Assembly (NCBI RefSeq): GCF_006345805.1
Contig: NW_021836244.1
Coordinates: 1 to 25,119, forward strand
Direction of reading: 5' to 3'
DNA from: Octopus sinensis
Lineage: Eukaryota
DNA length: 25,119 bases
Position numbers and translations under genes: made by a program. Within the stretch, counting starts at the first letter, position 1. Every line of letters begins with the position of its first letter. The notes under the pieces are model-generated. The model saw only the letters and a list, made by a program, of their open reading frames with translations. It was not told where the DNA came from and did not search any database. Shown one piece after another: positions 10,321-19,974 of the stretch.

Positions 10321-10959
10321 TCCTTTTTTTATTTTAAATTCTCCCAAATGAGATGTAAAGAAAACATTGTATTCGTCAGTGTAACAATGAACAGAGCTTA
10401 CTCAATAACGATGACTAAAGTTAGATCGATATCAGTCGATCAGACACGGGTAGCAGAGAGAGTCGCTGAAACGTTGCAGAAACACTGCTGGATAGGATAA
10501 CTCTCCACCGACGGAGATAAAAACAAAAACGAAAGCTATAAAAGAAGAAACGTTCAGTTCATTGATGACAAGATGCAGAGCAGAAAAAATTTATAATAAA
10601 ATAAGCTTTCTTGTAATAAAGGGAAGAAAATCAAATGTGTAACTGAAACGCACAAAGCGAAAGCAAAGTTTCAATACAAAAGTAAAGTGGAACAAGATGA
10701 AAGAATTCGAGTGAGATTATGAGACAAATGAAATCTATTGTGAGACGAGAGAAACAACAGAAGTATTCTGAAATAAGTGGTTGCAACTGTCAATGAAGAA
10801 AAGAGTGAACAGATAACATCATCGGATATAGAACTGGTCTATGAAGGCGTTAAATTATTCCGATATTTTATGTACATTGTGCAGATTTATCTTGCATGTC
10901 ATTGTAATAGCGTGGAGATACATCGGTTTTACTTTCCGCTCTGAAATATAGAAAGTACA

Positions 10960-11075
10960 TTGGTAGAATCGTTACAGTGTCGGATTAAATTCGTTGTCGA
11001 ATAATATTCGGGAAATTTGCATTCAGAGTTCGACATCGTTTTTCATCCTTTCCTTCCGGAGTATATAAATAACGT
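10960..11075 (+). mobile_element. Highly diverged family A-like SINE remnant
   Basis: TGGTAGAATCGTTACAGTGTCGG resembles the head, and GAGTTCGACATCGTTTTTCATCCTTTC resembles the core GAGGTCGACTTTGCCTTTCATCCTTTC. Confidence 0.4.
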
Positions 11076-11677
11076 GCAGCGGGATCTCTACATGCGAGTA
11101 TGACTCGTTCCGGAGCCCCGTTCGTTGGCCAAATTGTTTATTTCTTGAATATTTGAAACACTTACAAATAGGATAATCTGTTTCTGGCCTCACCCAAACT
11201 CAAAATAAATTATGTTTTTATTTGAATTTTCCCCTCCCTTTCTATCAGTTCTTTTTCAATAATTATTTGTAATTGATGTCGCTAACACGACAAGATAAAT
11301 GGTTCAACGGGTTTGACTTTTGGGCCCGTAAAAATTCTGACTACAACGTATCAACAATCCCATAATTCTTAATTGGTGAACTCAAATATTGCCGTGACTT
11401 TGGACTATCTATTTCGCTCTGGCGTAAGTTTTGAAATTATTATTAATAACCATCCTCGTTATTGAATTAATTTTCAAAAGTCCTAAAATCAGAAATATAA
11501 TATAGCTAATTAATCTTTCGTTGATTTACTAAAATAATCTTTCCATTTTGTTGAAACTGATTTACAATTCACGCACACACTCACACGTGCTCTATTAATT
11601 TCATAAGATCTCTTTAGGATATTCAAAATATTTGTCCAAATGACTGAAACATACACATAAATATAAACACATACATT

Positions 11678-12272
11678 TTATTTCTTTACTACCCACAAGG
11701 GGCTACACATAGAGGGGACAAACAAGGACAGACAAACGAATTAAGTCGGTTACATTGACCACAGTGCGTAACTGGTACTTATTTAATCGACCCCGAAAAG
11801 ATGAAAAGCAAAGTCTACTTCGGCGGAATTTGAAATCAGAACGTAACGGCAGACGAAATACCTATTTCTTTACTACCCACAAGGGACTAAACACAGAAGG
11901 GACAAACAAGGACAGACAAACGGATTAAGTCGATTATATCGACACCAGTGCGTAACTGATACTTATTAATCGACTCCGAAAGGATGAAATGCAAAGTCAA
12001 CCTCGGCGGAATTTGAACTCAGAACGTAACGGCAGATGAAATACCTATTTCTTTACTACCCGCAAGGGACTAAACACAGAAGGGACAAACAAGGACAGAC
12101 AAACGGATTAAGTCGATTATATCGACACCAGTGTGTAATTGATACTTTATTAATCGACCCCGAAAGGATGAAATGCAAAGTCAACCTCGGCGGAATTTGA
12201 ACTCAGAACGTAACGGCAGACGAAATACGGCTACGCATTTCGCCCGGTGTGCTAACGTTTCTGCTAGCTCGC
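11678..12272 (-). mobile_element. Family A SINE trimer: one head (12229-12272) plus three tandem 183-184 bp tail-type-1 units
   Basis: Units lie at 11678-11861, 11862-12044 and 12045-12228, with the junction GAAATAC|CTATTTCTTTAC at 11861/2 and 12044/5. ACACATA occurs on both flanks and may be a 7-bp TSD. Confidence 0.9.
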
Positions 12273-12319
12273 ACACATAGAGACATTGAAAGGTGTGTAT
12301 GTGTGTTTATGTATAAATC

Positions 12320-12703
12320 GTAGAGGCGCAATGGCCCAGTGGTTAGGACAGCGGACTCGCGGTCATATGATCGCGGTTTCGATTCCCAGACCGGGCGTTG
12401 TGAGTGTTTATTGAGCGAAAACACCTAAAGCTCCACGAGGCTCCGGCAGGGGGTGGTGGTGATCCCTGCTGTACTCTTTCACCATAACTTTCTCTCACTC
12501 TTACTTCCTGTTTCTGTTGTACCTGTATTTCAAAGGGCCGGCCTTGTCACTCTCTGTGTCACGCTGAATATCCCCGAGAACTACGTTAAGGGGACACGTG
12601 TCTGTGGAGTGCTCAGCCACTTACACGTTAATTTCACGAGCAGGCTGTTCCGTTGATTCGAATCCACCGGAACCCTCATCGTCGTAACCGACGGAGTGCT
12701 TCC
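12320..12703 (+). mobile_element. Full-length tRNA-derived SINE (family B, 384 bp) with an 11-bp TSD
   Basis: A-box TGGCCCAGTGG and B-box GGTTTCGATTCC. A perfect TSD ATGTATAAATC lies at 12309-12319 and 12704-12714. Confidence 0.9.
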
Positions 12704-13380
12704 ATGTATAAATCATTTTGTCTAAGTAATTTTCTTTTACATTCTTTCAAATTTTCTTTCTTCGTTAGGTAAGTGTAATTTACATTTCTTCGTTTTCTTG
12801 CATGTTGCGATATTTCACATCTTTGCTATTCCCAACAAATGAAAAGAGACGCTAGGTTTTTGTTTAATATTTTAAGGGCTTTTCACAATGTTAAATTTTC
12901 GCTGTCTTTCATTATGTGTGTGTTAATGTATATGCGTATATGTTCAATGTGCTCGCACGTATGTTCGCAAAACGTAGATTTCTAATGTACGGAGTTCAAA
13001 AAGTATAAGAACAGGCTATTCAAGTGAGTGTCAATTATTTTCTCGAAATTGGCGAGTAGCTTGATAAGGCAGCTGATTTGTCTTTGACAGCGTAAGGATC
13101 TAAAACCACAGCCATATTAAGTAACTAAATGTGTTCTCTTAGTTAAATAATTTCAAAATGATTCGACTCAACCAATAAGTACTTATTGCATGATCAACCT
13201 CAGAAGTCACTGCACGCCACTGATATATATATAATATATATATTATATATATTATATATATATATATATATTATATATATATATCGGTGAGAATTGTTCT
13301 GTTATGAGAGGTTTTACAATTCTGTAAATAATAATAATAATTTTTAAATAATAATAATTTTTAAGCCTAAAGCTTAAAGC

Positions 13381-13599
13381 GATCACCGTGCAATGACTAA
13401 GAAAAGTAATCTAATAATGGGGCATATAAGTCCCCAACAAAAAAAAGTGGGCTTTCCTATCCGCGTGGGACGCGAACCCACGTCCTTTTCTTAATACGGC
13501 TAAGTGCTTTACCATGCGGATAGGAAAGCCTAGCTTATTCTGTCGAGGACTTATATGCCCCATTATTAGACTATTTTTCTTAGTCATTGTACGGTGATC
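13381..13599. mobile_element. Foldback/MITE-like element: 84-bp inverted arms around a 51-bp tRNA-like loop
   Basis: Arms 13381-13464 and 13516-13599 match at 74/84 positions by manual alignment. The loop on the minus strand is ATGGTAAAGCACTTAGCCGTATTAAGAAAAGGACGTGGGTTCGCGTCCCAC. The inverted repeat is certain; the MITE identity is inferred. Confidence 0.75.
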
Positions 13600-13768
13600 A
13601 CTATATATATATTACATATATATAGGCTATAAGAAGTAATTATATCATTGAGACCCAAAGGTGTCAGGTAATGCTGAATAAGTGCTATAGACAGACCATA
13701 GTTAAGTTCCAGGTTCGGTGATTTTGCGAATAAGGGGTCATATGTTGGTCATATGTCAGCGTGTGTAT

Positions 13769-13821
13769 ATAAGAATTTTTTGCGTAATGGTTTTTTATCT
13801 CATTACGCCAAAAATTCTTAT
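13769..13821. repeat. 53-nt near-perfect hairpin (21-bp arms, 1 mismatch, 11-nt loop)
   Basis: ATAAGAATTTTTTGCGTAATG-gttttttatct-CATTACGCCAAAAATTCTTAT. Confidence 0.85.
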
Positions 13822-13986
13822 TACATATATATATATATATATATATATATGGGGTGGGAGGAGAAGCATGCAGCATCTTCGCCTACCATCGGACTGGCAT
13901 TATTCGAAAGGTGCTATAACTATGCGAATGAAACGCATTGTGACCAGCAATATATCACTACATCTGATAGAATAGTCGATGCTGTG

Positions 13987-14020
<34 letters not shown>

Positions 14021-14039
14021 TATTATATATATATATATT

Positions 14040-14243
14040 TGTGTGTGTGTGTGTGTGTGTTTGTGACCGCCTCTGCTGGAAAACTAGTGTTAGTTTCTTT
14101 ATGTTCCTGTAGTGCAAGCGGTTTGGCATAAGACACCGATAGAATAAATTCCAGATTTAAAAAAAGATAAAGTACCGGGATTTACTTTTAGGCGGTGCCC
14201 TAGCATGGCCGCTGTTCATTGACTGAAACAATTAAAAGATAAA
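14040..14243 (+). mobile_element. Diverged SINE 3' half following a (GT)n tract (same family as 443-670)
   Basis: It contains a GACACCGATAGAATAAATTCCAG core-like motif and the tail GGCGGTGCCCTAGCATGGCCGC..TGACTGAAACAATTAAAAGATAAA. A short tail-only piece of the same family lies at about 15874-15903 (-). Confidence 0.6.
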
Positions 14244-14688
14244 TATTGCCTGAGAGGAATATTCTCTGTAATCTGCATCCTTCCCTCAGAAAATCCATTT
14301 CTAAAAAATAAATGAGAGTTGCCTCCCTTGTTGTTTCCTTTCGGCAATCTATTTAAATATTTATGTACGAGTCTCTTAGTTTAAGTATTAATACGCTAGG
14401 TCTTAGGTGAACGGAAATCTGATGAGTGCAGCGTTTTCCAATATATTTTGGTGTTGAGTTTATCATAAATGATTTCAATGAAGTTCTATTTGCCCATGAA
14501 GAAGCATCAGCGTGGAAACCACAAATAGTTCCCCTCGTTGTTTCCTAAAACAGCTAGAAATATCAGCTGAATCTAACAGAAATCACACTTTACCGTCTTA
14601 TAAATGCGAAGAGGATATTAGATAATGCTGTTCTATCTATAGTTGACCAAAAGTTGAAAAGGTTATAAACAAGATTCTTTTGATTACA

Positions 14689-15256
14689 TTGGATTGTCCG
14701 GAAAGTTCGTGCCGATTTATAGTAGCTTACATTTCGATTTATTTTAGATCAAGGTTGGGTCCATAAAATAGGATTTGACTACATCTCCATTTAGAGCACA
14801 GTTTAAGCTATCTTTTCGTGGAAGAAAGTTTATGTTGCTATAACCTGAGTTAACCCGGTGACCCTTTAAAACGGAAGATAAGAAAGTTCATTTTCGGCAG
14901 TTGATGCTTTGGGAACCAGACAAAAATTGCTGCAGCTCGGCTGGGATGTGTTACCCCACCCTCCATATTCACCAGATATTGCTCCTTCGGATTTCCACTT
15001 AATCAGGTCTCTGCATAATAGTCTTAATGGTAAACATTTCAATTCCTTGGATGACGTAAAAAGGTACCTTGATGAATTCTTTTGCCATGAAACCACCTCA
15101 AATCTGGGAAGAGGGTATTTTCAAGTTAAAGGAAAGATGGAGACGCATTGTGCAACAAAATGATTCATATTTGGTTGATTAAAAATGTAATGGCAAGTAT
15201 TTATTGGCCCTTTTTCTTTCCTTTAAAAATCGGCACGAACTTTCCGGACAACCCAA
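14689..15256 (+). mobile_element. Non-autonomous mariner (internal deletion derivative, 568 bp) with both TIRs
   Basis: The 30-bp TIRs TTGG(A/G)TTGTCCGGAAAGTTCGTGCCGATTT (14689-14718 and 15227-15256) match at 29/30, with TA on the right flank and CA on the left. The N-terminus (ACG)EDKKVHFRQLMLWE at 14871-14915 is fused to C-terminal TRQKLLQLGWDVLPHPPYSPDIAPSDFHL (the mariner YSPDLAP.D motif). After a frameshift it reads WEEGIFKLKERWRRIVQQNDSYLVD*, with the stop at 15180-15182. Confidence 0.95.
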
Positions 15257-15595
15257 TAGTTATAAATGATCAGGGACCACCTGGGGCTAAATAAATCACC
15301 AACAGCAAGAACCAGATAAAGGATGATTCAGCCAGGGAGCTTTGAACTAAAGTGTCTCATTGACAACGCTAGATCCTGGATAAATCAAGGAGCTTATGAG
15401 CCAATGAAAGAAACGCTCTGTGGACACCAGGTTTGCCAGAAATAGCAGCAATTTCCTACAAATGAGGCCTCAGTGAATAATGTTGTTCTGGTTATTTAAA
15501 TGGATAATTTAGTTACAGTTCAGAGATAGGGTATATATATGTGCGTGTGCGCGCGCGTGCGTATGTGTAGATGGATAGATAGATAAACACAGACA

Positions 15596-15641
15596 GACAA
15601 ACAAAAACAGAGAGACAGACAGACAGACACACAGACAGACG

Positions 15642-15697
<56 letters not shown>

Positions 15698-15698
15698 T
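15596..15698. repeat. (GACA)n/(GATA)n microsatellite
   Basis: Seen directly; (GATA)n resumes at about 15846-15872 after a 150-bp insert. Confidence 0.9.
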
Positions 15699-15941
15699 CT
15701 TTTTATTATGGCCACACAGGGCTAAACACAGAAAATAGACGAAATACAATATAGAGTTTTTCTTTTCGAAGTGGGATAGGTAGGACACATAAAGAAAAAG
15801 TTCAATCAATAGGGATCTTTGGGCTGTGTGGTGTACAAAAAAGAAATAGATAGATAGATAGATAGATAGATAGATTCTTTTATTCTTTTGCTTGTTTCAG
15901 TCATGTTAATGTATGTGTGCGTGCGTAAAGGTTTGGTGAGG

Positions 15942-15993
<52 letters not shown>
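15942..15993. repeat. (GA)n microsatellite
   Basis: Seen directly. Confidence 0.95.
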
Positions 15994-15994
<1 letters not shown>

Positions 15995-16266
15995 GTGGAG
16001 AGTAGTGTGGGAGAGAGCGAGACAGAGAGAAAGAAAGTAACATCCTTCAATGTTTTATTGACACTGGAAAAACGAACGGCAAAGGAGATTGCGAGTTCAA
16101 CTGCTGCTGGAAATTACATGACATTTCATCCGCACAGAATTTATTGAACACTTACACAAACTGGAATCAATTTTGTTGACTGTAACTACATCCCATCCGA
16201 TAATCATTCTGCATGTAATGATTATTACTCTGAGTATTAATTTTTGCTGGTGTTTTTTCATGCCGT

Positions 16267-16922
16267 AATTTTTTGCTACGCGAGTTCCGGACCCTAGTTA
16301 AGAATCGTTTGCATACAGCCAATCAAGGCTCAACTATCAAACTAATTTAATGAGCGCATGACAAGTGATGGGCGATAAGATAAAGTCACTTGGGTAAGGA
16401 ATGACCATGCTTCTTTTCTCTTTTAATAACGCTTGTTGTTCTTGTTCTTGTTCCAACCATGGCTGCCTCTTTGTAGTTATTTGTGTTGTTTACTCTGTAA
16501 AACAGTAAAGGGGAGAGGGTTGCTAGCACATCACCCTCTCCTCACATTTTCCCCATCCACATCTTTACCATAACAAAAATCCGATCATAGGTACAGATGC
16601 AAATCTATCTAATTACTTGTCTCCTTCTAAAATCAGGCATAAACTTGGCGATCGGTCCACTTACAACACCGTTCTTTGTCTTGAGTTTACTTGGTAGGTA
16701 GAGTGTGTTTTATCAAGAGATTGCTTATTATTAACACATTCAAGAATGTTATGTTGGGCTTTGTGTCTAAGCAAAATCTGAGAGCTGAACGAGTCTGATC
16801 CTTCGTTATCCGCATGGCTGCCTCTGAGTAGTTTTTGTGTACAACAAGGTCTAGGTGAGCTCTGATTGGCTGTATTCAAATGAGTTCATAACTGGGGTCC
16901 GGAACTTTCGTGGGAAAAAATT
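16267..16922. repeat. Pair of 70-bp inverted repeats (16267-16336 and 16852-16922) rich in promoter-type motifs
   Basis: The manual alignment gives 59/71 identical columns. Each arm has AGTTCCGGACCC, TTTG(C/A)ATA and CAGCCAATCA. An internal direct repeat CATGGCTGCCTCT..GTAGTT.TTTGTGT lies at about 16458-16486 and 16813-16840. Confidence 0.85.
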
Positions 16923-18019
16923 TCGCGAGCGGGACTGACCTGTCGAGTACCCCCCTCGTAGCTGTTGTTAAGTGTTGGACGTATTCAGCTGTCGGACGAT
17001 CTATACTAACGATCGTCTCACCATCCACCTTTAAAAAATAAAGGGCAGGTGATGTTCCTCTGACTTGTGCATATGCCGAAAGAAGACATGTAACGGACGT
17101 GGTTTGATGGACACATTTCTTGACAGACATTCCTTTACGGTGAAGCCTTAATAAGATATCCCTTACATGGTAACATATTTGAGGTTAGCATCCTTTGTTA
17201 TGAGAAACTTAAGGACTTCTCGATAATGAAAGATGTTTCAAATATTTAGTTACAAAGTGAATATAAACCTGACTTCTCACGAACCCATTAGATTCATGCC
17301 TAAGACAAAATGGAGATATACACAAGCCTGAGAGTGAATATTTATGTGTTCGCCTGAACTGGAAATCTAGCAGCTAAATTTCCCTCAAAATATACACTAT
17401 AACCAAAAAAATATAGAATGTTTTAATGACTAAGATAAATAAACAATAAATATGTGTATATTATGCATCTTGTTACCTGCTGTTGATTTAAAGTTCAAAC
17501 ATCTAATCCGGTCGAAATTGATTTAAAAATTATTATCTCCTTTACACTGACTGGCCACCTGGACGCACGATGTACACTCTTGAAATTAGGACTTGAAAGA
17601 CATTAACAAAGTGCATAGTGTGTTCCCATACACACAATGCTTGGGAGGACAGAATGCTCTCAAGTGGAATCCTTTAATCATAAGTTTAGTTAATCGCGAC
17701 TGACTTGTGAACAAGTAACGGGAACGACGTGACAAGAAGAAAGAATTCTACAGTGATGGTGCAACGAGAAAATGAGAGCTGGTTGTATCAGATGCTAGTT
17801 CTAGAGGAATATATAATTATATTTCGTTTTTGGATTTGGTTTGCAAGATTCTTTATATGAGTTCGTGTGCTGAAGCATATTCTGTTGTGTCTGGAGAGAG
17901 TTATTTTCTTTTTGTGCCTTATTATTTCCACTTATTTCTTATTTTTATTTTCCTAAAATTTTCGTTGCGTTTTGCAACCTTTATGTCCGTTATTTACACT
18001 GCGTTCCTGTTTGTTTCTT

Positions 18020-18390
18020 TGTGTGCATGTGTGTGTGCCTATGCATGTATGCATGTACATATGTATGTGTGTATGTATGCATGTGTGCGTATGTATATAT
18101 GTGTGTGTATGCATATGTGTATATGTATGTATGTGTGTGCATGCATGCCCGTGTTTGTGTATTTTCTATGTATGTGTGTGTGAGCATGTGTTTGCATATG
18201 TATGCACCTCTGTCTCCTTGTTGGCGCATGTCTGTTTGTGTGTGTGTGTTATACAACTATGTACCATGCTTGTATGTATTGATGTGCATCTCTATATGTG
18301 TGGACCCGTGTCTCCATATGTGTCCTTATGTAGAGTAAAGTGTGTGTGTATATATGGTCATGTGTGTCAGTCTCCATTTGCGTATGTGTG
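18020..18390. repeat. Degenerate (GT/AT)n simple-repeat region
   Basis: Seen directly; it explains the C/V/M/Y-rich ORFs. Confidence 0.85.
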
Positions 18391-19192
18391 CCTGTCTGTT
18401 CTTATAACCTATGAAACTATCCGTCTGTATGTTGATCTGTTTATTTTCATATCCATATGCTTACAAAAAAAAAAACAAAGAAAGAAAAGACGGCGAGAAA
18501 TGATACTGTTACTAACGGCAATATGTTAGGAAACGGGTGTAAAGAAACGTTACATCAATAATCTATTAATCGGCCAAGCTGATACGAATGTGTTATATAT
18601 GCAAATATCCGAGCTACTTATGCCATTAGTATTATGGATCCGTAAGGAGATCCTCCGTATAAGTTTAAAGAGAATACACGCTCGTGACGGACTCCTGATA
18701 CTGGATTGAAACTATACACGCTAATCCAACTTTTACTCTCCTCGTTAATATCATATACAATGACAACGTGCTTATATGTATTCGCTACATAGTCAGCTAA
18801 AATATATAATTAATTTCTATAGTATAGAATTACATTACAATAAGACACTATTCGTGCACCATTTATTTGTTAATCCAAGTAGCTGGGTCAGAATATATCA
18901 TATATGCAAAGCAATCTTTCCGATTTAATGCAGCTCTTAACAATACTTCCTTTAAATGTTGTGTCTTCTTGGATAGTTAAAGAGGATGCTCAGTTGCTAA
19001 CGACTCATCTTTTCAGATTCACGAATATATTGTATAGAAAGTCAAAGTGCTCACACTTGTCTGCTATATACTATGGTAGCAAAAATATATTAGATATATT
19101 CTGTATTTCAGAATGTGCGTATTCTATGGCACACTATCGCATTGGTACAAAACACTGTTAAAGCACCAGCAATTTATGTGTATGTGGGTTTC

Positions 19193-19289
19193 TATGTATG
19201 TATGTATGTATGTATGTATGTATGTATGTATGTATGAGATAGATAAATAGATATATAGATAGATTGATAGATAGATTGATAGCTAGATT

Positions 19290-19356
<67 letters not shown>
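19193..19356. repeat. (TATG)n(GATA)n compound microsatellite
   Basis: Seen directly. Confidence 0.95.
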
Positions 19357-19974
19357 GGGTATAGAGAGAGGGAGGGGGAGATGTAGAAGGACGGAGGGAG
19401 GGAGAGAACGAGAAAGAAAAAGAGAGGTATAATTATGTTAAGGGACTATGTACAGACTGCTGAACGATAAAAGCTGTTAATTAAAATCAAATTTGCCTCT
19501 TAGTTAGAGAAAGAGAGCAGACACACACCAACAAAAGTTAGTGATACAAAATTAAGAAACGAAAATGATTTGAAGAAATTTAAAATGAATTTTCTTGGTA
19601 ATTTCTTTGCTTCGGGAAAGATGAGACCGTCCTTTTGCTAAGTATGAAAATTGAATTGAGAAAATTAATTTGAATTTTCTGGAAATTATTTCCTATGTTG
19701 ATTCTAAATCGCTGATAACTGCCGCTAGGTTATTGTTTTGTTTCTCTAAAAAAGCGAAGGGTTTTACAATTAATTAAGAACTTTTGGCTGGAGGCATTCA
19801 GTTGACCATACTTCAACACGTGTATATCCATACATACTTACACATGTGCACGCGCACATATGCATATATATATATATATATATATTGTTATATTTGGGGA
19901 TGATGATATTTTTTTAATCAAACACACTTACTCTTTATTCGGTCTTTATTTGTTATTATTATAATTATTTATTT

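Noticed and set aside
9780-10500. 185-208 aa S/P/L/F-rich ORFs
   Set aside because: All three plus frames are open over a pyrimidine-rich simple-repeat block, which is a compositional artefact.
11678-12272. Regularly spaced repeats resembling a CRISPR array
   Set aside because: The units are whole 184-bp SINE-derived tandem copies without unique spacers, in eukaryotic DNA with no cas genes.
13173-13188. 16-bp perfect palindrome CAATAAGTACTTATTG
   Set aside because: One such palindrome is roughly expected by chance in 25 kb of AT-rich sequence.
16597-16604. Perfect octamer ATGCAAAT near the midpoint of the inverted pair
   Set aside because: Another copy occurs at 18599-18606, and one or two are expected by chance in 25 kb of AT-rich DNA. 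No snRNA or histone gene is adjacent.
16661-17130. Two adjacent minus-strand ORFs (84 and 72 aa) with a possible splice acceptor at 17030
   Set aside because: They are in different frames with a stop between them and contain no recognisable motif. They overlap the inverted repeat module, which explains the higher GC content.
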